A stretch of 64,000 bases of DNA from an uncultured Acidobacteriaceae bacterium (GCA_963732305.1 CAVSYW010000002.1:860694-924693); one strand, 5' to 3'; positions 1 through 9,691 are shown, counted from the first letter of the stretch. Notes: a model not told the origin generated them from the sequence alone. A program made the numbers and translations.

Positions 1-345
1 GCGTGTCTCACGTTGACGGCGCTGTTGCTCGTTGCCATGGCGAACTTTCATGGAAAGATCGCGGTCGTGGCGCTCTCGAGCCTGGGTTTTGGCGTGATGG
101 ACCTGATGCTGCCATCGGCGTGGGCCTTGTGCCTGGCAATCGGCGGCCGCTTGAGTGGAACCGCGACGGGAATGATGAACACTGCGGGCCAGGCTGGAGG
201 ATTTCTATGCACCGTACTGTTTGGCTACATTGTGCATGCGACCGGCAGCTACGACCTTCCGCTGTATTTCATCGCTGCGATGGTGCTTACGAGCGCCGCC
301 ATCTTTACGCGCATCGACTGCACGCAATGCGTGGACGCGGATTAA
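1..345 (+). CDS. MFS transporter, anion:cation symporter (acid-sugar) type, C-terminal part only (5' end outside window)
   Basis: Frame open from base 1; hydrophobic helices and the ACS-like C-terminal motif GTATGMMNTAGQAGG...GYIVHATGSYDLPL. Confidence 0.8.
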   Translation, partial: ACLTLTALLLVAMANFHGKIAVVALSSLGFGVMDLMLPSAWALCLAIGGRLSGTATGMMNTAGQAGGFLCTVLFGYIVHATGSYDLPLYFIAAMVLTSAAIFTRIDCTQCVDAD

Positions 346-362
346 GGCGTGCGAATGTTTGA

Positions 363-1658
363 TCAGGCTCGACGGCCATCGCGCACGTTGGCAAAGAAAT
401 TTTCGGGGCCGATCTGGCCGCCTTTGAGCGCGAGTTCGAGTCCATCGAGTGGCGATGCTGCGCTGCCCCGGCAGAGCGGCACGCCGGCCACGAGCGGCGC
501 GGCAAAGGTCAGTGCGTCGATCCCCAGTTGCTTCACGGCATGAGTTGCCGTATCGCCGCCGGCGATCAGAACCCGGCGCACGCCGGTGGCGAGGACGAGC
601 TTGCGCAACAAAACGCCGAGGGCCGTGCCGAAACTTTCGCCGCGCTTTTCGTTCGGAATCTTTGGGCCGAGGGCGGTGTAAAGCACGACACTACGGCCGC
701 TCCTGAGCGATTTATGGGCGTTCGCTGCGACGGTGTTCCACGGTCCCGCGCCTTCAAGACGCCATGCGGCAAACCCCATCTGTTTCGCGCGACGAATCTG
801 CGTGGCCGTCACCGGCGAGCAGCTTCCGCTGAGCACCAGGAGCCGATCGACGGGCGGCGCGGGTTCGAGTGCCTGCGCGGCATGGATCAGTCCCATCGAG
901 CGCCAATGATGCAGAAGCCCATGCGTGAGACCGGAGCTGCCCACGGCAAAGACCGGCTGCACCGCCGCGCGTTCCCAGAGAATGCGTGCGGTTTCCTCAA
1001 GCATGGCGTCGGAGAAGCCATCGAAAACGACGGCGCCGGTATGAGCGGCCACCAGGCGCTGCCAATGTTTCTGCGCGGTTTGTGATTGGAAGGCGGCCAG
1101 ATTGACGAGGCCCATCGGGAGCTTTGTCTGCCGGGCGAGATGCAGGCGCAGGTCGGCCTCCGTCATGGGCGTCACAGGATGACGCCGCATGGTCGGATGG
1201 CGGTCGATGCGGTACATCACGCCGTCGGCCTTGGCGAACAAGTTCCCGAAGACAACGGCGCGTCCCAGGTGCGGCGCTCCCACGACGACAGGAACCGTGC
1301 CGGCGCGAAATACCTGGCGGCCCAACTCCATTGCGCGGCCAATACTGCCAACGCTGGGCGAGCTGTCAAATGTGGAGCAGACTTTGTAGTGATTTACCGG
1401 GGCGCCGAGCCGCCGCATGGCGCGAAAGATTGCGGGCAGATTGCGGCTCATCCATGCGGGTCCGCGGCTGCGGCTTTCGCCTGCGATTCCCACCGCGCGG
1501 CAATCGGAGAAAGCGGCAAGGGCACGCGCATCGGGCGTGCGCGTGAAAAGAACGGCCTTGACGCCGTGAAGCGCCAGCGCTTCAAGCACGTCGGTGGAAC
1601 CGGTAAAGTCGTCGCCGTACCAGACATAGAGCGGATGCGCTGCTGGTTGCGTGCTCAC
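363..1658 (-). CDS. oiaK: Four-carbon acid sugar kinase family (DUF1537/DUF1357_C), OiaK-like
   Basis: GDDFTGSTD, HYKVCSTFDS, LSGSCSP, IAGGDT, LKGGQIG motifs; GTG start at 1658 overlaps the RLP TGA (GTGA coupling). Confidence 0.85.
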   Translation of the reverse strand: MSTQPAAHPLYVWYGDDFTGSTDVLEALALHGVKAVLFTRTPDARALAAFSDCRAVGIAGESRSRGPAWMSRNLPAIFRAMRRLGAPVNHYKVCSTFDSSPSVGSIGRAMELGRQVFRAGTVPVVVGAPHLGRAVVFGNLFAKADGVMYRIDRHPTMRRHPVTPMTEADLRLHLARQTKLPMGLVNLAAFQSQTAQKHWQRLVAAHTGAVVFDGFSDAMLEETARILWERAAVQPVFAVGSSGLTHGLLHHWRSMGLIHAAQALEPAPPVDRLLVLSGSCSPVTATQIRRAKQMGFAAWRLEGAGPWNTVAANAHKSLRSGRSVVLYTALGPKIPNEKRGESFGTALGVLLRKLVLATGVRRVLIAGGDTATHAVKQLGIDALTFAAPLVAGVPLCRGSAASPLDGLELALKGGQIGPENFFANVRDGRRA

Positions 1659-2944
1659 GCGGCAAACGCCTCCAGCGCGGAGCGCAACTCTTCGTGGATT
1701 TTTGCATATTCGGCGAGAGCGATGCCCGCTGCCGCCGCTTCCCACGCTTGATGCAGACTGCGCACGCCTGCGGCAGGACCCGCGGGGTGGGCGAGAATTC
1801 CTCCACCACAGGCATAGATCAGATCCATCGAACCGAGCGCCTTGTATGTATCCGGCGCCTGGCGCGCGGACTGGCCCGAGGAAAAGACCGGCATGATCTC
1901 GCAGCCCTTATGCGGTGAAGGGAACATGGGCTTGAGACACTCTCGCGCGGATGCGATGACGCTCGCGTCGTCTTCGCAAAATTTGTTGCGCAGGCCGTTC
2001 ACGTGGATGTGATCGATGCCGGCGAGCCGCCAGAACTTCTGGAAGGCGATGAAGCTCATTCCCGTGGCATGCGAGCGGCTGAACATGCCCCAGCCGTTGC
2101 GATGGCCATGGATGGCTACCTGCGCATGACGACGCAGCGCGGTCATTGCGGGAAGGCCCACACTATTGACGCTGACCATTACACATGTGCCGCCGGAAGC
2201 GACCACCAGGTCATGACGGCGCAGCATCTGGTCAATTTCGCCGGTGATGTTGGCGGCATACATCGGCCGTTTGCCGATTCTCTCGGCGTATTCGTTCAGG
2301 GCGCGCAGGACCGCGGGAACTCGCTGATCGAAGGGGCAGTGGGGCCCGTCCGATTGCAGTTCGTCGTCCTTGATGAAATCGACGCCGGCCTCGGCCAGCA
2401 TCTTCACTTGTGCCGCGGTTTGCTCCGCCGAAAAGCCGACGCTCGGCTTGATAATCGTGCCGATGATCGGGCGCCCGTGGACGTTTGTGAGCCGCCGCGT
2501 GCCTTCCACGCCGAATTGCGGACCCAGATATGCAGACAGGAAGGCGGGCGGCAATGTGACGTCGAGCAGCTTGAGGCCGGAGAACGGCTTCAGCTCGAAG
2601 AGATTGCCCGCGACGGTTGCCAGCAGGTTGGGGAGCGAGGGGCCCATGTTTTCGATGGGCCAGGAAAGTGTGACTTCCGCGACGCGGCGCACCACGGGGC
2701 CGGTGTGTTTTCTCGGGAGGCCGGAACCGGCGAGCGACGGGGTATCGACTGTGCCCAATTCGACGATTCGCTCTACGCGCGCGGCGTGGCGCTCGCGGAG
2801 TTCGTCGGTTTCGCCTGGAACGCGCACAAACGTTCCAGTAGACTGCTCGCCTGCCATGGTCGCGGCCGCCTCTTCGAGCGGGAACGCCGTCTCGATCCAA
2901 TATCGTGCGTAAACTCGATCCGTACCTGGGGTCTGGCTTGTCAT
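1655..2944 (-). CDS. RuBisCO-like protein (form IV), 3-oxo-isoapionate-4-phosphate transcarboxylase/decarboxylase (OiaT/OiaX)-like
   Basis: GEQSTGT, AGNLFEL, GTIIKPSVG, DFIKDDE (carbamyl-Lys motif), HGHRNG, PVFSSG, CGGGILAHP; no small subunit; coupled to a DUF1537 kinase. Confidence 0.9.
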   Translation of the reverse strand: MTSQTPGTDRVYARYWIETAFPLEEAAATMAGEQSTGTFVRVPGETDELRERHAARVERIVELGTVDTPSLAGSGLPRKHTGPVVRRVAEVTLSWPIENMGPSLPNLLATVAGNLFELKPFSGLKLLDVTLPPAFLSAYLGPQFGVEGTRRLTNVHGRPIIGTIIKPSVGFSAEQTAAQVKMLAEAGVDFIKDDELQSDGPHCPFDQRVPAVLRALNEYAERIGKRPMYAANITGEIDQMLRRHDLVVASGGTCVMVSVNSVGLPAMTALRRHAQVAIHGHRNGWGMFSRSHATGMSFIAFQKFWRLAGIDHIHVNGLRNKFCEDDASVIASARECLKPMFPSPHKGCEIMPVFSSGQSARQAPDTYKALGSMDLIYACGGGILAHPAGPAAGVRSLHQAWEAAAAGIALAEYAKIHEELRSALEAFAA

Positions 2945-2953
2945 TCTTGTTCT

Positions 2954-4741
2954 CTAAACATGCTGGGCATACATCGTGTAGGCTTCATCGCGCACGAAAT
3001 AGAAGGGCGCGTAGGTTCGTGTCCGGTCCGCGGAGTGGAATGAAAAAACTCCCGCCATCTCCGCCGCGGGCCGTAAGGTCTCCTGAATTGCGTAAGTGGT
3101 CTCACCTTCCGCGGGCTTCTGCTCGACATAGACCAGCGGACCACGCAACAGCGCCACCGTCTCGGGATGCAGATCGTCGATTGCTTCTGTGCGAAATTGC
3201 ATGGGCAGTTGAAGAGTGAGCGTATCGCCGCTGGTCCAGCGACGCCGCACCACCGCAAATCCTCGCTCGATATCCGCATGCACCGATCTTCCATTAATGC
3301 GAATCGGCGGCGTCTCATTCATCCACGCAGGAACCCGCAATTGCATCGTGAACTGGGCCGGAGCAGTGCAAGTGACGCGCAAAGACACCGTCTCCCCCAG
3401 CGGGTATTCCGTTTCCTGCGTCAGCGTGACCGTAACTCCGCGCTGCAACCATTTCACGCGCGATGGCGCGTACAAATTGACGGCCACGCCGTCCCTCGCG
3501 CGGAAGTAAACATTCTTCACGTAGTCCGCGACGCTCTCCACGAGGGTTCCCGAGCAGCACGGCCATTTCTTGGCATAGAAAACCTTGTGCGCCGCCGCTC
3601 CATAGGTCGAGTAGTAGGGGTAATCACCGTCGGCGTCGGGTTCTTTCACCGCGAGAACGCCGTTGAAGACGACGCGCTCCAAACCGTCGCCGTAGCGCGC
3701 ATCGCCGGTGGCACAGAGGAGGTAACGCGCGAGTTTGATGGCTGCGTAACTGCCGCAGGGCGTCTCGAAATGATCGTTGGTTGTATGCAGGCTCTCGTAG
3801 AGTTGGCCTTTGCGCGGCTCGATGAATGTCTCGTTCGGCCCCCAACCTCCGGTGGCGAATTGCTGTGTGGATGCGAGAAGTTGCGCCGCGTTTTGCATGG
3901 CACGCAGATATTTTTCGTCGCCCAGCACGAGCCGCGCTTTGCCCGCCGAACTGAGCGCGATGACGTGGCTGTAAGCGTGCCGGCCCGGCAAAACATCCTG
4001 CCCCGCGGCAAGCGGATCGAAGTAATCGCGGTCAAGCATGTAGGCCATCGCGCGGTCGTACAGCGCGCGATCTCCAGTGAGCTCATGAGCGAGAAAAAGA
4101 GACTCGGGCAGAACGTAGGTCTCGTCGTAGGGAGGATCTTTCTTGCCGACCCGGTCGCGCCCGCGTTCGGGAATATACGGAAGAGCACCGTGAAACACGC
4201 GCGGAACAAGATCACGCGCATCCGAAATGCCGCTCAGATTGTACGCATCCATCAATCCGGCAAGGTGTTTGTCGAGGATGTAGCAGGGCCATACGTTTTC
4301 GGCGTTGGGCCCGGCAAAGCACTGGTATTTGGGGCCGAGAGTGGCCGCGAATCCATTTACCAACGCGGCAACCTTCGCAGCGCAGGCGGCGTCACCGGTG
4401 GTTCGGCCGATCCGAGCCAGCCCGGAGATGTATTGCCCAAGTGAATGGCCCGGTACGAAGCCATCGTGGCCGTACCAGCCGCCCATCGGCTCGCCCGGAG
4501 CAGGCAATCCAGCGCGTTCGCGATAGACCTTCAGCAGCCGATCGTTATCGAGGGCGAGATATGCAGCATGAATGCGATCGTACTGGCTCTTGAGAGGCCC
4601 ACCCGTCAGCTCGACCGCTCCATAATCGAACTCGGCCAGCACTTCAGACGCGCTGGGAAGGGCGGTTGTGCTTGCACCGCTCGCCAGTGTGGCCGCGGCT
4701 GCACCGGCTAGAAATTCCCTTCTCGTAATTTCGTTGTCCAT
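2954..4741 (-). CDS. GH127(/GH146) glycoside hydrolase with Tat signal (beta-L-arabinofuranosidase/aceric acid hydrolase family)
   Basis: TRREFL twin-arginine leader; GHSLGQY, HAYS, ETPCGSY and WPCCSGT (Cys3 Zn site) motifs; C-terminal beta-sandwich (TLTQETEYP, LRVPAW). Confidence 0.88.
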   Translation of the reverse strand: MDNEITRREFLAGAAAATLASGASTTALPSASEVLAEFDYGAVELTGGPLKSQYDRIHAAYLALDNDRLLKVYRERAGLPAPGEPMGGWYGHDGFVPGHSLGQYISGLARIGRTTGDAACAAKVAALVNGFAATLGPKYQCFAGPNAENVWPCYILDKHLAGLMDAYNLSGISDARDLVPRVFHGALPYIPERGRDRVGKKDPPYDETYVLPESLFLAHELTGDRALYDRAMAYMLDRDYFDPLAAGQDVLPGRHAYSHVIALSSAGKARLVLGDEKYLRAMQNAAQLLASTQQFATGGWGPNETFIEPRKGQLYESLHTTNDHFETPCGSYAAIKLARYLLCATGDARYGDGLERVVFNGVLAVKEPDADGDYPYYSTYGAAAHKVFYAKKWPCCSGTLVESVADYVKNVYFRARDGVAVNLYAPSRVKWLQRGVTVTLTQETEYPLGETVSLRVTCTAPAQFTMQLRVPAWMNETPPIRINGRSVHADIERGFAVVRRRWTSGDTLTLQLPMQFRTEAIDDLHPETVALLRGPLVYVEQKPAEGETTYAIQETLRPAAEMAGVFSFHSADRTRTYAPFYFVRDEAYTMYAQHV

Positions 4742-4784
4742 TGCGATGGGGTTGCTCTCCTCTGAACCCTACGGTGCGGTTCAG

Positions 4785-4816
4785 GGCCGCCGAAGGTCAA
4801 ACTTCGGCGGCCTTTT
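4785..4816 (+). terminator. Strong hairpin overlapping the regulator stop (U-run on + strand)
   Basis: GGCCGCCGAAG-gtcaaa-CTTCGGCGGCC-TTTT; a second hairpin at 4762-4784. Confidence 0.45.
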
Positions 4817-6038
4817 GATTCCGCAAAGCGGAATTTTCGGGGCCGCTCGCCGACTTGTGCGCGGCGCCTACCGCAGCCTCATCGAGAGGGTACACGAGGG
4901 CCACATTGCGCGGGGTCAACAACTGGTGCTTGACGAAGATGGCCGCCGGCACTGGTTTTTGCTGCAGAATATTGAGCGCCAGGGGAATCAGTTCATCGCC
5001 GTAGCGTTCGGGGAAATAGGCCACCGATCCGACCAGCCGCGTGCCCGGCCTGCGCAATTCCGCGCGCGCTTCGCGGAGGGCATTCTGGCCCATCACGGCG
5101 CACTGCTGCGATGCGCCGGCTTCTTCAAAAGCGCGCAGCGCGGCCAGTGCGCAGATATCGTTCACCGTGCCCACGAGCGTGCGGCGCGGTTCGCGGCGGC
5201 GCAGGTACTTGCGCAGCACGTCGAGCACCTGTTCAAAATTTCCGCGGCCGTTGAGCCGGACCAGCGGAGCCTCGACAATTCTCGGCAACTCCGCGCGCAG
5301 CCCGTCGACCAGGCCGGAAAGGCGCAACTCCAGGAGCGACCCGGCGATGGGCAGCTCCACAAGAACCAGCTGATCCACCTTGCCTTCCCAGTTTTCGCGC
5401 GCCCAACGGCCCAGGGCGCGACCGCCGATGAGCCCGGCCTTATAATTATCCGCGCCGAAGTAAGTAGCGCCTGGATGCGGCACTTCGATGGCGATGACGG
5501 GCACGTTTGCGGCCAGAAATTTTGAGGCGATGACGGGCGCCACGCGCTCGTAGGTCTGGAATTCGAGGACCAGGTCGACGCGTTCGCGAATCAGCACATC
5601 GGCGTTGCGCAACGCCTCGCGGGCGCTGTAGCGATTGTTGAGGGTGATGAGCTGCACGTGCTCACGCGCCGCTGCGTTGACCAAGCTGCGCGTCACCTCG
5701 CGCGCAAATTCAGTGTCGCCCTGCGTAGCAAAACCGATGCGGAAAGGCCGCGCCGTGACCGGTCCAAAACTGTTGCGATAGACGCCCGCACTCACGCGCT
5801 CCACCAGCCCGCCGTGAATGAGCGTGCGCAGCAGGCGAAAGGTGGTGGTCTTGGGCAGGCCGGTGCGCTCCATTACAGTGGTGAGCGGCAAATCTTCTCC
5901 GAGATGACGAAAAGCTTTGAGCACTTCGCATGCGCGCAGAACAGTCTGCGACTCATTGCGGTCGCTGCTGCGGCCATTCGCCTCCGCGGCGTCCTGCTCC
6001 AGATCCTCCGGGGCCTGTTTGTCCTCGCGTCGCGCCAC
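4797..6038 (-). CDS. Transcriptional regulator: IclR-type HTH fused to a periplasmic sugar-binding-like domain
   Basis: N-terminal SQTVLRACEVL...TGLPKTTTFRLLRTL HTH followed by a LacI/RbsB-type domain (VIAIEVPHPGATYFGADN, VMGQNA). Confidence 0.85.
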   Translation of the reverse strand: MARREDKQAPEDLEQDAAEANGRSSDRNESQTVLRACEVLKAFRHLGEDLPLTTVMERTGLPKTTTFRLLRTLIHGGLVERVSAGVYRNSFGPVTARPFRIGFATQGDTEFAREVTRSLVNAAAREHVQLITLNNRYSAREALRNADVLIRERVDLVLEFQTYERVAPVIASKFLAANVPVIAIEVPHPGATYFGADNYKAGLIGGRALGRWARENWEGKVDQLVLVELPIAGSLLELRLSGLVDGLRAELPRIVEAPLVRLNGRGNFEQVLDVLRKYLRRREPRRTLVGTVNDICALAALRAFEEAGASQQCAVMGQNALREARAELRRPGTRLVGSVAYFPERYGDELIPLALNILQQKPVPAAIFVKHQLLTPRNVALVYPLDEAAVGAAHKSASGPENSALRNQKAAEV

Positions 6039-6079
6039 GTTCCTTGTTCCTCTCCCGGGATTCGGACTTCAGGCGCCAC

Positions 6080-6107
6080 AGTATATTCCGATTCCCGGAA
6101 TTGGCAA
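6080..6107 (-). promoter_or_regulatory. sigma70-like promoter of the regulator with a palindromic operator in the spacer
   Basis: Minus strand TTGCCA-N16-TATACT; perfect palindrome ATTCCG-N5-CGGAAT at 6085-6101. Confidence 0.6.
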
Positions 6108-6362
6108 GTCCGATTTTTGCTTCGTCCGCAGGGGCCCCGCACGCGCGGTTGAATTCCGACCGGTCCTCAGGATCGTCCCAGACTTCCGATCCCAGGGGAC
6201 GCGCCCGACCGAAGGGTTGCGGCACGTGAAGTGGGCGCGCGAATCGAGAGAGCCGAGAAGTGATTGGCTCTACCAATCTCCTACCAGCGAAAGCGTTTGC
6301 TGTTGACCGATTCAGCCGCGGCAAATACGATTCGCTTGGAACCGACAGGAGAAACAATTGGG

Positions 6363-7214
6363 ATGGAAATGCCGCCGAAAGAACCGGAGCGCGCTGCTTG
6401 GCTGAAGCACAGAGCCAATTGGATCCGGCTCAGCGCCATGACCATGAACCATCATGCGCAACTGGGTCACACCGGCGGCGATCTCTCCGCAGCCGACATC
6501 CTGGCCGTGCTGTTTCTCGGCGGACTTTTGAAAATTGACCCTGCGCAACCCCGATGGCCCGAGCGTGATCGCTTCATTCTCTCCAAGGGGCACGGCGCCG
6601 CGGCGTATTATTCGACGCTCGCCGCGCGCGGATTTTTCCCGATCGAGCAGCTTAAGACCTACATGGACCCGCTCTCGATGCTGAACGGCCATCCAGACCG
6701 CAACAAGCTGGCCGGCGTCGAGGCCAACACCGGCCCGTTGGGGCACGGGTTGCCCATCGCTGTGGGCGCGGCGTTGGCTGCCCGCATGAGAAAGGAGTCC
6801 TGGCGGGTGTTTGTCCTCACCGGCGATGGTGAGTTGCAGGAGGGCTCCAACTGGGAGGCCGCGATGACCGCGCAACACTACGGTCTCGACCAACTCACCG
6901 TAATTGTGGACCGCAATCGCATCCAGCAGGGCGATTTTACGGAAAATACGATTCGCATGGAGCCGTTGGCCGAGCGCTTCCGGGCGTTCGGATTCGCCGT
7001 GGAGGAAATCGACGGCCACTCCACTGCGGCACTCTTCGATCGCTTGTCGCATTTGCCTCTGGAAAAGAGCAAGCCCTCGTGCATCATCGCGAACACGGTG
7101 AAGGGCAAGGGTGTTTCTTTCGCGGAAAATCAACCTGCATGGCATCATGGCGTGCCAACGAAGGAGCAACTTGCCACGGCGGCGAGAGAACTTGGCGTGG
7201 AGGTGGCGTGGTGA
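6363..7214 (+). CDS. aptA: Transketolase N-terminal subunit (apulose-4-phosphate transketolase A-like)
   Basis: GHTGGDLS, LSKGH, GPLGHGL, GDGELQEGSNWE ThDP motif, WHHGVP; AGGAG upstream of ATG 6363. Confidence 0.85.
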   Translation: MEMPPKEPERAAWLKHRANWIRLSAMTMNHHAQLGHTGGDLSAADILAVLFLGGLLKIDPAQPRWPERDRFILSKGHGAAAYYSTLAARGFFPIEQLKTYMDPLSMLNGHPDRNKLAGVEANTGPLGHGLPIAVGAALAARMRKESWRVFVLTGDGELQEGSNWEAAMTAQHYGLDQLTVIVDRNRIQQGDFTENTIRMEPLAERFRAFGFAVEEIDGHSTAALFDRLSHLPLEKSKPSCIIANTVKGKGVSFAENQPAWHHGVPTKEQLATAARELGVEVAW

Positions 7215-8179
7215 GCGGCTTATCCTCATCTGCAACCGGCCAGCAGCTCTTCGACTGCCGCGACGCCTATATGAACGCTCTTGAAGAGATGGCGGCCGTC
7301 GACCCGCGCGTGTGTGCCGTGGCCAACGACTCGGTGTCTTCGGCGAAGCTCAAGAATTTTAAAAGCAAGTTCCCTGAGCGCTTTGTCAATGTCGGCATTG
7401 CCGAACAGAACATGGTGGGCGTAGGCGCGGGGCTGGCAAACGGCGGCATGGTTCCTTACGTCTGCGGCGCGGCGTGCTTCCTGACCGCGCGCGCCATGGA
7501 GCAGATCAAAGTCGATCTCGCGTACACCAAAGCAAACGTGAAGCTCTGCGCCATGTCGCCGGGCATGGCCTACGGACAGCTTGGGCCCACGCATCACTCC
7601 ATTGAAGATTTGGCCTGGATGCGCGTGCTGCCGAATCTCGTCGTGATTGTTCCGGCCGATCCCGCGGAGACCGCGGCTGTGATGCGCTACTCGCTCGTGC
7701 ACGAGGGGCCGATGTTCCTGCGCATCGCGCGCGTGCCCGTGCCGCGCGTGCATGGTGACGATTACGAATTCAGATTGGGTAAAGCTGTGCGGTTGCGCGA
7801 GGGCTGCGATGTAACTCTTATTGCGAACGGTCTGTTGGTGAGCCGCGCCCTCGATGCGGCCAAAGCGCTTGAGGCGCGCGGACTATCGGCGCGCGTGCTG
7901 AATATGAGTACTGTGAAACCGCTCGATGGCGAGGCGATTCTTGATGCGGCCCGCACCACTCGCGGCATTGTCACCGCGGAGGAAGCATTGGCGGCCGGTG
8001 GATTGGGTGGCGCAGTCGCCGAGGTGCTTGCGCTGGAACATCCCGCGCCGATGCGCATACTGGGCGTGCCCGACGTTTTCGCGCCTACGGGTACGGCAGA
8101 ATTCCTGCTCGAACATTTTGGGCTGACCGCGGCGGGGATCGAATGCGCGGCCCTGGAACTGCTGAAGCGAGAGGCATAG
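7211..8179 (+). CDS. aptB: Transketolase C-terminal subunit (apulose-4-phosphate transketolase B-like)
   Basis: VNVGIAEQNMVG, RAMEQIK, GPTHHSIED, GGLGGAVAE; GTGA overlap with aptA. Confidence 0.85.
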   Translation: MSGLSSSATGQQLFDCRDAYMNALEEMAAVDPRVCAVANDSVSSAKLKNFKSKFPERFVNVGIAEQNMVGVGAGLANGGMVPYVCGAACFLTARAMEQIKVDLAYTKANVKLCAMSPGMAYGQLGPTHHSIEDLAWMRVLPNLVVIVPADPAETAAVMRYSLVHEGPMFLRIARVPVPRVHGDDYEFRLGKAVRLREGCDVTLIANGLLVSRALDAAKALEARGLSARVLNMSTVKPLDGEAILDAARTTRGIVTAEEALAAGGLGGAVAEVLALEHPAPMRILGVPDVFAPTGTAEFLLEHFGLTAAGIECAALELLKREA

Positions 8180-9691
8180 ATGGCAGGCGAATGGATTCTC
8201 GCGATCGACCAGGGAACGACCAACACCAAAGCATTGTTGGTGGATCGCGAAGGGCGCACTGGCTATCGTGTCTCGACGCCGCTTGAAATCCTGCAACCGC
8301 AGCCGGGCTTTGTGGAGCAGGATCCGCTCGCGCTCTGGCAGTCGGTGGTTCAAGTCATCGTGGCGTGTGCGCGCCACGCGAGGTCGGAAGGCGCAACCAT
8401 TACGGGAATCGCGATCACGAATCAGCGCGAGACCGCTGTTGCATGGCGTCGGGCCGCAGCGGGAAGCTTCGCCGCGGGTGAACCTGTGGGCAACGCCATC
8501 ACCTGGCAGTGCCGGCGTTCCGCGCCCGTCTGCGATCGCGTTCGCACGCATGCGGCGACGATTCAATCCGTGACGGGTCTCCCGCTCGACCCGTTGCTGA
8601 GCGCCACCAAGTGGGCGTGGCTCTTCGATCAGCATCCCGAACTGCGGGCACAGGCAGCGCTTGGCGATCTGCATCTCGGCACCGTCGACGCGTGGTTGCT
8701 TTATAACCTGACCGGTGGCAGGGTTCACGCCACCGATCACACGAACGCTTCGCGCACCGCGCTGCTCAGCTTGGCGACGCTAGATTGGGACCCAGCGCTG
8801 AGCGAGCTTTTCGAAATTCCCCGCGCGGCAATGCCCGCAGTGCGCTCGTCAAGCGGAGATTTTGGAGTTTGCGCTGCCATTCCCGAGCTCGCCGGCGTTC
8901 CTATCGTCGTCCTAATCGGCGACTCGCATGCCGCGCTCGTGGGCCACGGCCGCTACGAGCCGGGAACGGTGAAGGCCACTTATGGCACCGGCTCTTCTCT
9001 CATGATGCTTTCGGCGGAACTCGTGACGGAGGCGAAACAGCTCGCACGCACCGTTGCATGGTCGACGGAGGGCGGCGCGCACTTCGCGCTTGAAGGCAAC
9101 ATCGCCATGAGCGGCGCGGCCGTGCAATGGGTGGGCGAATTCCTCGGCCTTGCGCATCCTGTTGAAGACGCCGCGGCGCTGGCCGCAACCGTACCCGACG
9201 CCGCCGGTTTGATACTCGTGCCCGCAATGGTGGGGCTCGGCGCGCCGCATTGGGACTCGGCTGCGCGCGGCCTGATGACAAATGTCGAGCGCTCGCACAC
9301 GGCCGCTCATCTGGCTCGCGCTGCGATTGATGCGATTGCTTTCCAGGTGGCCGATGTCCTGGAAGCGATGGAAGAGGCCGCGCGTGTGAAGCTGCCGGTT
9401 CTGCTGGCCGACGGCGGCGCTACGCGCAACGATGCGCTGATGCAGATGCAGGCCGACGTTCTGGGCCGGCCCGTGCATCGCTCCACGCAAGAGGATCTCT
9501 CCGCGCGCGGTGCAGCCCTGCTGGGCGGCCTCGCCCTTGGATGGTGGCGCTCGCTCGACGAACTTGCTGCGCTGCCGAATCCTAAGCAGCATTTCGAGCC
9601 GCGCAGTACGCAGGCCGATCGCGGGCGTCTGCGCAGCGCGTGGCGGCTTGCCGTCGAGCGCGCACGGCTCACTGCGGAGCGTGTTGCATGA
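8180..9691 (+). CDS. aplK: FGGY-family sugar kinase, glycerol-kinase-like (apulose kinase-like)
   Basis: LAIDQGTTNTK, ITNQRET, GTVDAWL, TYGTGSS, ADGGATRN; context with aptAB. Confidence 0.75.
   Translation: MAGEWILAIDQGTTNTKALLVDREGRTGYRVSTPLEILQPQPGFVEQDPLALWQSVVQVIVACARHARSEGATITGIAITNQRETAVAWRRAAAGSFAAGEPVGNAITWQCRRSAPVCDRVRTHAATIQSVTGLPLDPLLSATKWAWLFDQHPELRAQAALGDLHLGTVDAWLLYNLTGGRVHATDHTNASRTALLSLATLDWDPALSELFEIPRAAMPAVRSSSGDFGVCAAIPELAGVPIVVLIGDSHAALVGHGRYEPGTVKATYGTGSSLMMLSAELVTEAKQLARTVAWSTEGGAHFALEGNIAMSGAAVQWVGEFLGLAHPVEDAAALAATVPDAAGLILVPAMVGLGAPHWDSAARGLMTNVERSHTAAHLARAAIDAIAFQVADVLEAMEEAARVKLPVLLADGGATRNDALMQMQADVLGRPVHRSTQEDLSARGAALLGGLALGWWRSLDELAALPNPKQHFEPRSTQADRGRLRSAWRLAVERARLTAERVA

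Noticed and set aside
1655-2944. Carbon-fixing RuBisCO
   Set aside because: K177 equivalent is Ser, no rbcS/prk/cbb genes, and the context is sugar catabolism.
6363-9691. Housekeeping transketolase and glycerol kinase
   Set aside because: Split transketolase plus FGGY kinase plus apiose-type SBP in one coupled operon fits branched-sugar catabolism; no glpF/glpD nearby.
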